Shown here in pieces: positions 13,617-26,052 of a stretch of 64,000 nt of DNA. The position numbers were made by a program, and so were the translations under genes. The notes below the pieces were generated by a model. It did no database searches. It saw only the letters and a list, made by a program, of their open reading frames with translations, and was not told where the DNA came from. The DNA comes from Cyanophora paradoxa CCMP329. Its lineage: Eukaryota > Plantae > Glaucophyta. Positions within the stretch are counted from its first letter, which is position 1; the number at the start of each line of letters is the position of its first letter. The stretch covers positions 124,001 to 188,000 of the forward strand of contig QPMI01000445.1 in the NCBI GenBank assembly GCA_004431415.1. Direction: 5' to 3'.

Positions 13617-14376
13617 CCCCGAAAACGGCCGTGCCGAGCCGCCAGCCGCCGAACTCTCTTGCTCGAGCCGCTCAAATGCTTTCGGAAAGTGCGCAAAGGC
13701 GCGTTTCTGCCGCAGTGCGCGCCGCCGACCGCCACCGATGCCGGACACAGAACCTCGGAGCCGACGTCGACGCTGCAGGGCGTGCAAGCTGGCGGGGCGA
13801 CTGATGGCTGCCACTGGCTGGGCCCCGCTGCTTTGGGATGCTCCTAGGGTTCGAGCGCTGCTCGCCGCGCCACGATGCGCGGTGCGCGCCCTACCCGCAA
13901 CCTTCTGCAGCGGCCCGGGCCCTGTACCCCCGCTTGCTGCCAAAAAAAACAAAACAACCTTCCGGCTTTGCACGGAGGGGCGAGAGCAGTGCGTCCCAGC
14001 ATTTCCAGCAGCCCAGCAGCAGGGAAGCACCCGAGCGCGTAGTCGAGTGCGGAGCGTTGAGCGCTTCGGGATAGCGATAAGATATATATCGATCGATCGT
14101 CGCGTCGGGGCGCATCGCCCTCGAGCGGAGGGCCTGCGCGCGTACGTCGCGATAGCGCTTTCCCGACCGATCGATCTCGCGCTCGCTCAGCTCCGTCACG
14201 CAGGCGCTGGGGCTCAGCGTTAACCGAGCTCACCGGATCACGCGCGCGCGCGCGCCGATCAGCACTAAGGCGGCGGGCCCAGCACTCGAAGAAGAATGAT
14301 GCCTAGGTAGATCTGCAGCGTGTCCAGCCGGGCCTGGGGAGAACCCCGCGAGATCGCTAGCTAAGCTTGCTCGAGC

Positions 14377-17300
14377 ATGGTCGAGGCCGGTGCGCTCGGG
14401 CGGACACCGACGCGCACGCGGCTGCGGGCGGGCGGGACGAGGCCGCGAGCTCGAGGCCGGCAGCGGCTGCTGCGGGCCGGGGTCGTCGCGCAGCTGCTCC
14501 TCCTCTGCGTCTGCGCGTGGCGGCTCCCCGCGACGCTCGGGGCCAAGCCCCGGCGCTCTCCCGGCGCCCCTGCCGGTCCCGCGGCGTGGCGGGGCGCCGG
14601 GATAGGAGCCGGTGCCCTCAGGCGGGGTGCGGCCTCTCTCTCGCCTCTCGCCGGCCCGCCCTCTCTCGCCTGACGGGGGCGGGCGGCGCAGGGGCCCTCT
14701 CCGCCCTCGAGGGCGGCGCGGCCGCCCCGCCCGAACTCGACCCCTCCGCTGCCACTGCCCTGCTCTCCGGCCTCGTCGGTACCCCCTCCCCCCCCCCCCC
14801 CCCCGCCGCCTCCCCCCGTCATCCGTACCCCCGCGCCCCTGACACCCCCCCCCCCCCCCCCCCCTCACCCCTCAGCCGTGCTGGCGGGTGTAGCGCCGGA
14901 AATCGACTGGGCGGCCCTCGAGCAGCTCGCCCTGCAGCTCGCCGCCGCCCTCGCGCCGGGCTCGCCGGGCCCGTCCCCCGAGCTCCTCGGGGCCCTCCAG
15001 GGCGTGCTGGGCGCGCCGCTGGACGCCGCCGCGCTGGCCGGCCTGGACCCCGCCGCCCTCCCCTCGCGCCTCCTCCAGGCCCTCCTCGAGGCCGCCCGGG
15101 GCCTCGCCGGCCCCGCCGGCCCCGCCGCCCTCCCCTGCGGCCTCGCCGCCCTCCTCCCCAACGCCTCCTCCGGCCCCGGCCCCGGCGGGCTCTCCCCCCC
15201 GAACGCGACAGCGGGGCATAACGGGAGCGAGGCGGCGTGCACGCTGCGGGGCCTCCTCGGCGCGGTCTCGCCCCTGGCGGCGACCTTCCTCGGCGCCGGC
15301 GCCCCCGCCTCGGCCCTCTGGGCCCTCGAGCCCGCCTGCCTGGCCGCCCTCTTCGGGCTGGGCCCCGGGGGCGCGGGCGGGGGCGGGGCCCCCTCCCCCG
15401 CGCTCAACGTGAGCCTCGCGCGGCTCGCGGAGACGGCGGGTGGGGCCGGCGGGGAGGGCGGGCCTCTCCTGGAGCAGGCCGGCGCGGCCCTCCCGCTCGT
15501 CCGCGCCGCCCTCGCCGCCGGCGGCTTCGGCTTCCAGGTGCCTCCCGCCTCGGGAGAGCTCCCGGCCCGCTGACGGGGGCGGCAGGTGCCGCTGGAGGGC
15601 GGGGCCTTCGCGGTGCGGGTGGACTGGGCGGAGGGCGGCGCGAACTGCTCCGCCCTCTCCCCCGCCTTCGCCGTCGCCGCCGGCGGCTGCCTCCCCGCCG
15701 CGCCCCTCCTCCTCGGCGCCCTCGGGCCCGACCCCGTCGCCGTCCTCGGCAACACCGCCGCCGGCCTCGCCGGGGTGCTGGGCGCGCTGTACCCCCCGCT
15801 GCGGGGCTTCGCCGCCTTCTCGTTCTCGGTGCCGAACCGGACGGTGGTCTCCCTCTCCACGTGCGGCAACGGCACGCGCTTCGACACGACCCTCGCCCTC
15901 TACGACGCCTGCCCGGCCGCCCCAGGCGCCGCCGCCGGCCCCGCCGCCCCGGGCCTCCCCGGCCAGCTGCAGGCCGGCGCTGCCATCGCCGTGGACGGCG
16001 CGCGCCGGCGGCCCCCGCCCCCTCCTCCTCCTCTCAACCCGACGTGACGCCCGAGGGCGCAGACGACGGGTGCGGGGCGCTGGGCGAGGGCTCCTTCATC
16101 GCCTCTGTCGAGCTCCAGGCCGGCCGCGTCCGCCCCCGCCCGCCCGCCCCCGCCCGCCCGCCCGACCCGCCGGCCGCGCAGACGTACTTCGCGGTGGTGG
16201 GCGGCTACGACGGCGCGGCCGGGGAGTTCGAGCTGCGGGTCCTGCCGGGGGGCGCCACCCCCCTCGAGGCCGCCGAGCCCCACGCGCTGCGCCCCTGCGC
16301 GCCCCCCTTCCTCGGCTCCACCGAGGCCCGCTCTGCCCCGCCCCGCCCCGCCGCCCCGGCCCTGCAAAGTTTTTCGAATTTGATCGCGAGCGCAGGACCG
16401 TCTCGACCTGCTTCCCTTCTGGAGCCCCTCGGGGGAGGTCCGCCGCCCGCCCCGCCCCGCCTTTCTCCTCGCCGCAGCGGGAGCTCGAGCCCGCCCGCGC
16501 CCTCCCCTCTCGCATCAGATGTTCTTCACCCTCACCGTTCCCGAGGAGCAGTCCGTCCCGCCCCGCCCCGCCCTGCCCGCCCCTTCTCCCCCTCCCGACT
16601 GTACCCCCGCAGGGCGGTGGCGGTGGGGACGTGCTCGGGGGCCACGAACTTTGCGACCCTCCTCCACCTCTTCGACGTGCGCCCCGCAGCCGCCCCGCCC
16701 CTCCTTCCTTCTTCGTGGGCCCCGCGATCCTTGGCCTTTCCCCCGCAGCGCAACCCCCTCGAGGAGGGCGCCGCGCCCCTAGCCAGCAGCGGCAAGCGCC
16801 CCCCGCCCCTCCTTCTGCCACCCGCCCCGCCCCGCCTTGCGAGCCGGGCCGAGCGGGGGCCGGGGGCAGAGGGCGGGTGCGGCGTCTCGCGGGGCTCCCT
16901 CCTGGACGCCCGCCTCGCCGCCAACGTCACGGTCCGCGCGATCCCGAGGGGCCCCCGCCCCGCCCCCGCGCGCCCTCCTCCACCCTCCGAGCGCCCCGCG
17001 GCGCGCAGTACTACGTGGTCGTCGAGGGGGCGGTGTACGGGGCGGCGGCGCAGGACCCGCTGGGCGCCCTCCTCGGCCGCCTCCACTCTGCAGCCCGTCC
17101 GCCCCGCCCACGCCCACCCTGACGATCGTGCATGTGCAACTTTGCTCGTCCCCTCAGACGTGGGGAGGTTCGGCCTCTCCGTGACGGACGAGAGCTGCCC
17201 GCCGGAGCCGGCCGACCGTGCGCCCCGCCCCGCCGCACTCCTCCCCCGCACCGCTCGCCTCGACCGCCCGGCGCGCAGTGTGCGGGGCGCTGCCGGGGGC

Positions 17301-18383
17301 GGACGAGTGCGGGCTCGGCCTCCTCGCGGGGGCCGTCCCGCCCTTCGCCTCGGCCGCCTTCGCCGGTGCTTCGTTCGCCCTGGGGCTCGGGGCCGGGGCC
17401 GGGGCCGACGCGGACCCCCTGGCCCTCGCCCGCCCCTCGCTGCTCTACCGGGTGCCGGCCGCCCCCTGGGCCCGCAACCTCTCCGTCAACGGCTGCACCC
17501 CGCCCCCCCACCCCTGGCTCCTCGCCCTCGCCGAGGGCTGCCCCCTCGGGCCCCGCCCCGCCGCCCGCCCCCTCGCCCTCAACGGTCCGCCCCGCCCCGC
17601 CCCGCCGCCCCGGCCCCCGCTCGCCTCTTACCGTACCCCCGGGGCGCAGTCTCCGCGGGTTGCGCGAACGGCCGCCTCGTGTACCCCGTCCCCGCCCACA
17701 CCTCCCTCGTCCTCGTCAGCGCCCGCCCCTCCCCGCGCCTAGGCCTCCGGCCGCCTCGCCTCATACCCCCCGCAGGTGGTGGAGGCGCCCTGCGGCGCCC
17801 TCGGCTGCCTGGGCGGCCCCTTCGGCCTCACCGTCACATCCTCCCGCGACTTCTGCGGTGCGCGCGCGTACCCCCGTCCCGCGCTGCCATCCTCTCCGGA
17901 GCGGTCTGAGGGGCCTCCGCAGAGCGCCCGACCCTCCTCACCCTCCTCGGGGACCTCATCGAGGGCTCCCTCCAGCGATTCTCCCCCCCTGCCCGCCCGA
18001 GCCCGCCCCCCGCGCCCTCCAGACCCCCCTCCCCCTCCCTCCTTCCGGTCCCCTCGCGGCCCCCCTCGCCCACGCCCGCCCCCGCCACGCCGACAGCCGC
18101 GCCGCCCGCCCCCACCGGCGCCCCGCCGCCCGCCCCACCGGCGCCCCGCCGCCCGCCCCCACCGGCGCCCCGCCGCCCGCCCCCACCGGCGCCGCGCCTG
18201 TCGCGACGCCCGTCCCCCCCGCTCGCCCACTCCCGAGCCCGCAAAGCCGAGCGGCTCTCCCGGGTCCAGCCCGACGCCGGCGGCAGCGGCGGGCCCGACG
18301 CCGGAGCCGACGCCGGGGGCGATCGTGGTCTCGTTCGGGGTGGCGGCCGGCGGGATCGCGCCGGCCGAGTTCGACCGCCCCGC

Positions 18384-18420
<37 letters not shown>

Positions 18421-19357
18421 CCGCAGCGCGTCGACGTCGCCGACGTCGCCAACGCCGCCGCCGCCCGCCGCGCCCGCGCCGCCCTCGCCCCGCCCCCGAG
18501 CCGCTCCTGCTCGTGACGGCCCGCATCGCACCCGGGGGCCCCGGGGAGCCGGACACGGCGGCGGTGCTGCGGGCGATGCGGGCGCCGGGGCCGCCCCCGG
18601 CTCCGCCGGCTTCGCCGTGCCGGGGTACGACGTGCGCTCCATGACCCTCCTGCAGGGCCCCGGCCTCTCCGGCGGTGCCGCCGCCCCGCCCCCCGCCCGG
18701 GGCCCCGCCCCCGCCCTCGCCGAGCCGCCCGCGCAGCGCCGACGACGCTGGCGCTCGACCCGCCGGCGAGCGTCCCGCGGGAGGACGGCGGCGCCACCCA
18801 GTCGCCCCGCCCGGCACCGGCGGCGGCGGCGGCGGCACCGGAGGCGGAGGCGGCGGCGGCGGCGGCGGCGGCGGCGGGCCGGCGACGACGCCGGGAGGGG
18901 CGAGCGGGGGCCCGTCGCCGACGCCGGGAGGGGGAGGGGCGGGGCCGCTGGGGCCGGGGGCGGCTCGGGGAACGGCCCGCTGATCGCGGGGGTCGTCGGG
19001 GGCCTCGCGGGGGCGGCGCTGCTGGGGGCGGTGGCGGCGGTGGTGGCGCGGCGGCGGCGGCAGATGAAGGACCGCGTCAAGTACACGTTCAAGGACAGCA
19101 GGAAGGGCCGCGCCGGCTTCGACGCCCGCTGGGCCCCCGGCGACCTCCCCGGGGGGGGCGGCTCGCCCGACCCCGAGGGCTCGACACCCGACGCCCGGGC
19201 GGGGAGCCGGGGCAGCAGCGGCCGGGCCGGCGCCGCCGACTTGCGCCCCGCGGAGCCCGCCCGGCCGCCCTCCGACCGCGACCTGCCGACGAGCCCGCCG
19301 GGCGCGATCGGCACGCCCTGGCGGGCCGCGCCGCTGGAGCCGCCCCGGCTCCGATAG
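14377..19357 (+). CDS. Large type-I membrane/surface protein: signal peptide, repeated PPC-like beta domains, Pro-rich stalk, C-terminal TM
   Basis: Hydrophobic leader VVAQLLLLCVCAWRLPATLG; repeated STCxxxxxFDTxLxLY...DDGCG..S...TYFAVVGGY...GEFEL modules; PTGAPPPA repeats; TM GPLIAGVVGGLAGAALLGAVAAVVA followed by RRRRQ; stop at 19355-19357. Confidence 0.7.
18105..18195 (+). repeat. 24-bp coding tandem repeat (PTGAPPPA)
   Basis: cccaccggcgccccgccgcccgcc repeated 3-4 times; also present in the duplicated copy near 22245-22380. Confidence 0.85.
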
Positions 19358-19807
19358 CGCCCGCTAGAGATCTAGAATATTTAGGATCCGCAGCCCGTAT
19401 ACAATCCTCAGCTGCAGGATCATCTTTCAGGCTGCACCCTTACATTTATTAATATCTCGCCGATGCATGATGCAAGCTGACAAGCTAGTGCAAACAGTAC
19501 CATGCAACGGTCCTGGTGCATGCAGTGCTTGCCACAACACTCCAGGGCGAGAAATCAGAGAGCAAGACATGTAACTAAGCAAGGAATGTGAAGGTTAAAA
19601 TACAAGACAAGATCTCAACTGATTCAGGATGGCGGGGTGGGGGGCTGAGACGTTGGCTCGCTCAATGCATCAGACCCGACTGTGGTCGAGGCTGGCGACG
19701 GGTGTGCGACAGGCATGCCTTCTTCAGCATTTGGCGGCAGAGGTCGCTGTGCTTGCCCAGCGCCTCCGCCTTGCACTGCGTCCGCCTGCCCTGTCGCGCC
19801 AACGTGG

Positions 19808-20782
19808 TCAGAAAATGAAACAAAGGAGAGTACAAGCTAGCGCGCCAGCGAGTTCGCAACCTCTGTGCGAAAGAGGAACAGAATCAAGACCAATTAAGGG
19901 ACAAAAAAATGCGCCACGGTGCGCACGGGCGTGAAGGTCAGGTGAGTGGACACTTGATCGGTGACGCGAGTTGACAGTGCCGCTGTTCCCTTCAACAGAT
20001 CGCCAATGGAGCCGTTCCTCGGACTGGCGAAGGCGCTCTTCGAGCACCGCCCGCTCACGGCGCTCTTCGGCGAGCTGTGACTCAAGCTGTCGCCTCTCTT
20101 CGGATGCCCTGATCTGCTGCTCGGCGATCCGTGACTCTAGCTGTCGCCGCTCGTCGGCGATCTGTGACTCGAGCTGTCGCCGCTCTTCGGACGCCTTGAG
20201 CTGTTGTTCGGCGAGCTGCAACTCGAGCACTCGCCGCTGTTCCGCGAGCTGCAACTCGACCTGTCGCCGTTCTTCGGACGCCTTGAGCTGTTGTTCGGCG
20301 AGCTGCAACTCCAACACTCGCCTCTGTTCGGACGCCATGAGCTGCTGTTCGACGAGTTGGGATTCGAGCTTTCGTCGCTCTTCGGACGCCTTGAGCTGTT
20401 GTTCGGCGAGCTGCAACTCTATTTCGCGGATCTCTGTTCCTTCCGATGCTTCTTCATTAGGACGATTTGTGAGGCGGGACAGGCGTCGGAGGAAAAATCC
20501 TCTCGAAAGACAAAGCGCACCGCGGTCTGTCAGCGCAGCCCCGGATGCAAGGTAAGGTTGTGATGACTGGGAGCCTCCTATTGACATGACAAGAGCCAAA
20601 CCAAGCCACTGGTGCTCGGCGGCGGACCTGCCAGCACTCACGATCTCATCCCCGCCTGAGTCGTGATCACGCCGTGAGTCGCCGATCGGTTGCGCAGAGA
20701 GCCGGCGAGGTTCACGGCGAGACTCCAGGGGGTGAATTTCTGGGGGGTATGTCCACGAGCGGCTCGAATGAGTGTTGCGCAT
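19808..20782 (-). CDS. Apparently intronless coiled-coil repeat ORF of unknown function
   Basis: 324-aa ORF with 18-aa and 11-aa units such as ELQLAEQQLKASEERRQL (DNA repeats about 20060-20420). Lower GC than flanking genes, and no GCCCC-tract introns. Confidence 0.45.
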   Translation of the reverse strand: MRNTHSSRSWTYPPEIHPLESRREPRRLSAQPIGDSRRDHDSGGDEIVSAGRSAAEHQWLGLALVMSIGGSQSSQPYLASGAALTDRGALCLSRGFFLRRLSRLTNRPNEEASEGTEIREIELQLAEQQLKASEERRKLESQLVEQQLMASEQRRVLELQLAEQQLKASEERRQVELQLAEQRRVLELQLAEQQLKASEERRQLESQIADERRQLESRIAEQQIRASEERRQLESQLAEERRERAVLEERLRQSEERLHWRSVEGNSGTVNSRHRSSVHSPDLHARAHRGAFFCPLIGLDSVPLSHRGCELAGALACTLLCFIF

Positions 20783-20884
20783 CGGGGCGCGGACATTGGA
20801 ACGAGGACGCTAAAACGCGCTTCCGGAGAGCTTCTTCGTGTGCGCCACGCGATCCCCTTTGTGCGCACCGTGATCCCCATCTTC

Positions 20885-22385
20885 TTCTTCTTCGTGCGCA
20901 CCGCGATCCTTTCCCCCGCAGCGCAACCCTCTCGCAGAGGGCGCCTCCACCGTCGCCAGCAGCGGCAATTAAGCGCCCTCCGCGCCTCCTTCTTCCGCCC
21001 GCCCCGCCCCGCTGCCGCGCGGGGCCGAGCGGGGGCCGGGGGCAGAGGGCGGGTGCGGCGTCTCGCGGGGCTCCCTCCTCGACGCCCGCCTCGCAGCCAA
21101 CGTCACGGTCGGCGCGATCCCGAGCGGACCCCGCCCCGCCCCCGCGCGCCCTCCACCGCCCCGCGAGCACCCCCGCGGCGCGCAGTACTACGTGGTGGTC
21201 GAGGGGGCGGTGTACGGGGCGGCGGCGCAGGACCCGCTGGGCGCCCTCCTCGGCCGCCTCCACTCTGCAACCCGTCCGCCCCGCCCGCGCCCACCCTGAC
21301 GATCGTATACGTACATGTGCAACTTTGCTCGTCCCCTCAGACGTGGGGAGGTTCGGCCTCTCCGTGACGGACGAGAGCTGCCCGCCGGAGCCGGCCGACC
21401 GTGCGCCCCGCCCCGCCGCACTCCTCCCCCGCACCGCTCGCCTCGACCGCCCGGCGCGCAGTGTGCGCGGCGCTGCCGGGGGCGGACGAGTGCGGGCTCG
21501 GCCTCCTCGCGGGGGCCGTCCCGCCCTTCGCCTCGGCCGCCTTCGCCGGCGCCTCCTTCGCCCTGGGGCTCGGGGCCGGGGCCGGGGCCGACGCGGACCC
21601 CCTGGCCCTCGCCCGCCCCTCGCTGCTCTACCGGGTGCCGGCCGCCCCCTGGGCCCGCAACCTCTCCGTCAACGGCTGCACCCCGCCCCCCACCCCTGGC
21701 TCCTCGCCCTCGCCGAGGGCTGCCCCTCGGGCCCGCCCGCCGCCCGCCCCTCGCCCTCAACGGTCCGCCCCGCCCCGCCCCGCCGCCCCGGCCCCGCTCG
21801 CCTCTTACCGTACCCCGGGGCGCAGTCTCCGCGGGCTGCGCGAACGGCCGCCTCGTGTACCCCGTCCCCGCCCACACCTCCCTCGTCCTCGTCAGCGCCC
21901 GCCCCTCCCCGCGCCTAGGCCTCCGGCCGCCTCGCCCCATACCCCCCGCAGGTGGTGGAGGCGCCCTGCGGCGCCCTCGGCTGCCTGGGCGGCCCTTCGG
22001 CCTCACCGTCACATCCTCCCGCGACTTCTGCGGTGCGCGCGCGTACCCCCGTCCCGCGCTGCCATCCTCTCCGGAGCGGTCTGAGGGGCCTCCGCAGAGC
22101 GCCCGACCCTCCTCACCCTCCTCGGGACCTCATCGAGGGCTCCCTCCAGCGATTCTCCCCCCCTGCCCGCCCGAGCCCGCCCCCGCGCCCTCCAGACCCC
22201 CTCCCCTCCCTCCTTCCGGTCCCTCGCGGCCCCCTCGCCCACGCCCGCCCCCACCGGCGCCCCTCCGCCCGCCCCCACCGGCGCCCGCCGCCCGCCCCAC
22301 CGGCGCCCCGCCGCCCGCCCCCACCGGCGCCCCGCCGCCCGCCCCCACTGGCGCCCCTCCGCCCGCCCCCACCGGCGCCGCCTCT
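20885..22385 (+). pseudogene. Partial duplicate (about 1.5 kb, exons plus introns) of region ~16710-18195 of the upstream surface-protein gene
   Basis: Near-identical collinear sequence with substitutions and indels (e.g. gacgatcgtatacgtacatgtg vs gacgatcgtgcatgtg). Lacks the start, signal peptide and TM exons. Confidence 0.85.
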
Positions 22386-22779
22386 CTGCCATGACAAACC
22401 TCTCCGTTCGCTACTCGTTTGAGGTCCACGAATCCGAGCCGCTCGTCGACGGTTCCGGCTACGGGTTTGCGACGCTGGCGGTGACGCTCGCTTGTCCCGC
22501 GCGGCGTGCGCTGCGCGTGCCCGTCAATTGCTCCGTCTCCATATATATATAGCAAGTACTAGTCTGACCGAGGCTGCAGCTGGCCATGGCGTCCCGGATT
22601 CCCCAGCGCAGCCTCGGAAATAAGATCGCATGTCGACGCATGAATTCGAAACGTGTTGAGCTGACTGCAGCTGCAGGCCTAGGATCCGCCGGGCCGGATA
22701 TCGATTTATTGCCCAGTAGATCAAATTGCGTGGGCCACCCGGGTACACGGCCTTTTTGACCAGTCAAGCAAGGATATCG

Positions 22780-25429
22780 ATGCTTTCGAGGGTCTCGCTC
22801 GCTCGCATGATCCGGACGAAGCATCTGGCTCGGCTCTACGCCTGGCGTGCGGCCGCGCCGAAGACTTCGATGCCGCCCGTTCCCGGAGAGCCGGAGGCAC
22901 CTTCGGTCAAGACGGCCGTTCCCGGCCCTCGCTCCAAGCAGCTGCTGAGCACGCTCGATGGCATACAAGTGCGCGCCGCCTGCGGTTAGCAGGCACGCAG
23001 CGGTTAGCTGGCACGCAGCCAGCTCATCGGCGCCGCAGGACGCAGCGTCAGTTCAGTTCTTTATCGACGCCGAGGCATCCAAAGGGTGCGCGGCCCCGCA
23101 GCGAACCCGGACGACCGCGGCTTGGACCGTTGCCCCTTGCGCGCGCGCTCGCACGCGCGCAAGGGCCGGCGTCCCCGGCTTCGGCATCCAGCGGAGATTC
23201 CTGGGAACTGACGTCCGCGCGCGCAGGAACTACGTGGTGGACGCGGACGGCAACACGCTGCTCGACGTCTTCGCGCACATCGCATCCCTCCCCATCGTGC
23301 GCTGCAGGGCCGCCGGGCGCCGCCGGAAGCGCCGGCCGCAGCCGAGCGAGACGCCGGCGCGCAGGGCTACAACCACCCGAGCATGGAGGATGCGGCCCGC
23401 TCGCACGACTGGGCGAAGCACCTCGTGCGCCCCGCGCCCCGCCGGCCGCTCGCCCGCTGCCGAAGCCGGCGCGTGTACCGCAGAACCAGCGCTACGCCCT
23501 CGGGGCGATGCCCCCCAAGGACTGGTGGGCCCCCGCCCCTCCTCCGGCCCCCGGCCCCCTCGCGGCGCCTCACGCCGCCGGCAGGCCGGTGCGGCTGCGG
23601 GACGTGCTGATGAGCGTGGCGCCGGCCGGCCTCACGAACGTCGTCACGACCTGCGGCTGCGGCTCCTCTGCCAACGAGAACGCGTGCGCCGCCCCGCGGG
23701 CCCCGCGGGTCGGCCCCCCGCGGTGCGGCGCGCCGAGGGGCCGGGCCGGGGCGCAGCTACAAGGCGGCGTTCATGTGGTACCAGCGGAGGAAGCGGGGCG
23801 GGGCGGACCCGGGCCCCGAGGAGATGAGCAGCTGCATGGCGAACGCGGCGCCGGGATCGCCCGACCTCGCCATCCTCTCCTTCTCCTCGGCCCGCCCCCG
23901 CCCCGCCCCGCCCGGCGCCGCCAGCCGGCCCCGCTCACGGGGGAGCGGCAGGGCTTCCACGGGCGCCTCCTGGGATGCCTCTCCACGACGCACTCCAAGC
24001 CCATCCACAAGGTCGACATCCCCGCCTTCCGCTGGCCCGTCGCCGTGCGCCCCAGCCGCCCCCGCCCGCCCCGCCCCGCCCGCGCGCTCGTCGCCGAGGC
24101 GGGGCGGGGCGGGCGGGGGCAGCCCTTCCCGGCGCTCAAGTACCCGCTGGGGGAGCACGCGGCGGAGAACGCCGCGGAGGAGGCCCGCTGCCTCGCCGAG
24201 GTGTCTCCCGCCCCGCCCCGCCCCGCCCCGCCCCGCCCGCCCCGCTGAGGCGCGGGGAGGTGGCGCGCATCCTGGCGACGTCGGCGACGCCCGTCGCGGG
24301 GCTCGTGGTGGAGCCCATCCTCGCCGAGGGCGGCGACAAGGTCCCCGCCCCCCCGGCCTCGCGCCCCCCGGCCGCCCGCCCGGCCGGCCGACCGCGGGGC
24401 GCGCGCGCAGTCGGCGTCGCCGGCGTTCTTCCGGGCGCTGCGGGACCTCTGCGCCGAGCGCGGCGTCGCCTTCATCGTCGACGAGGTCCAGACCGGTGCC
24501 CCGCCGCCCCGCCCCCGCCCCGCCCCGTGCCGCCCGCGACCCGACCGGCCGTCCGGCCCGGCCCGCAGGCGTGGTCGCGACGGGCCGCTTCTGGGCGCAC
24601 GAGCACTGGGGCCTCACCAACCCGCCCGACATCGTCACCTTCGCCAAGAAGATGCAGGCTCGGGCCCCCGCGGGGGCCTTGTCCCTCACCCTCGGGGCGC
24701 CGGGCCGAGCCTCCGCGGGCGCCCGGCAGGTGACGGGCTACTTCCACAAGCCGGAGTTCCGGGCCCCGCACCCGTACCGCATCTACAACACGTGGATGGG
24801 CGACATGCTTCGCCTCCTCCAGGTACCCCCCTCCCCCCTCCCCCCCCGGGCCCCGCCTCGTCCGGCGACTGAGGGGGCGCCCCTCCCCCCCCCCAGGCCG
24901 AGGTCATCTTCGACGTCATCCGCCGCGACCGGCGCGCCCGCCCGCCCGCCCCGCAGCGCCCCGCGCTGACTGGAGGGGCGGCCGCAGGCTGCAGGAGAAC
25001 GCGGAGGCGACGGGGGCCTTCCTGCGGGCCGGCCTCGAGGAGGTGGCGGGCCGCCACCCGCGCCTCGCCGCCGCCGTCCGCGGCGCAGGCACCTTCCTCG
25101 CCTTCGACGCCCCCGACGCCCGTCCGCCCCCTTCGTTTCGCCTTGTTTGGCCTGCGCCCGCCCTTGAGTCCGGGGCGCAGAGACGCGGGACAAGGTCCTC
25201 GCCGAGCTCCGCAGGCGCGGCGTTCACATGGTCCGCACCGGCCTCCGCCCCCCGCCCCCGCCCCGGCCCCGGCCGCATCGCGCATCGCCGGGTGACGGGG
25301 ACGGGCGGGGCGGTGCAGGGCGGGTGCGGGGAGCGGAGCTTCCGGCTGCGGCCGAGCCTGGTGTTCGGGCCGCGGCACGCCGAGCAGTACCTCGACGCCC
25401 TCGACGCCGCCCTCGCCGCCCTCAAGTGA
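22780..25429 (+). CDS. ABAT: 4-aminobutyrate aminotransferase (GABA-T), animal/fungal type, with mitochondrial-like presequence
   Basis: [14 protein letters not shown]... leader; [111 protein letters not shown] (PLP lysine), YNTWMGD. Confidence 0.93.
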
Positions 25430-26052
25430 GCGGCCCGGAGGACCCGAAGGCCCGTCGGGCCGGCCCCCTGTACAGCGCGCCGGAGGGAGGGCAGCCCCCT
25501 CCGCCCCCCTGTAATTTTGGTGTACATCCGCCCTGTTGTACTCTACGCTCTTTTTCAACGTTGCAAATGCAATATATTAGTATGGATAGTTAATGTCGAC
25601 GTCAAGCTGTCGTCAACGCCATCGCTCACCAGCGCGGCGCGCGGCGCGCGCTTTTGCACCAATTAGCGCTAGGCCAGCTTAAGATTGAACTTAGCAGCTG
25701 CGCATGCAGGCATTCGGAGCTCGAGGTTCGCGGCGAACGCTCACCAGGCTACAACAGCGCCCGCGGCCCGGCGCCGGCGCCGGCGCCGGCGGCCAATTAC
25801 TAGTTCGGGTTCAGGCCAGCTAAAGCGCATCCGCAGTAGCGCTTGCATTGATGAACTTCGGATTCGTTCACAGTTTGCGCTGGAGCTGAACTCGCCGACT
25901 CAGCACAACCTACGGCGCGCGGATGGGCCTTCCGAGGACCGAAGTTCTCGCGCATTGCACGTGCGTACCGGTACCCCTCCTTCTCAATAGTCTGGGACTC
26001 TGGGAGCAGCAGCCATCTCGCAGCCATAGCGCGATAGCGCAGCCGTGGTGCG

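Noticed and set aside
20060-20420. Regular DNA repeats as a possible CRISPR array
   Set aside because: Units are codon multiples (54/33 bp) without unique spacers, there are no cas genes, and the context is eukaryotic.
19971-20555. Ser/Cys-rich repeat ORF on the plus strand
   Set aside because: It is the antisense mirror of the E/Q/L/R coiled-coil repeat ORF on the minus strand.
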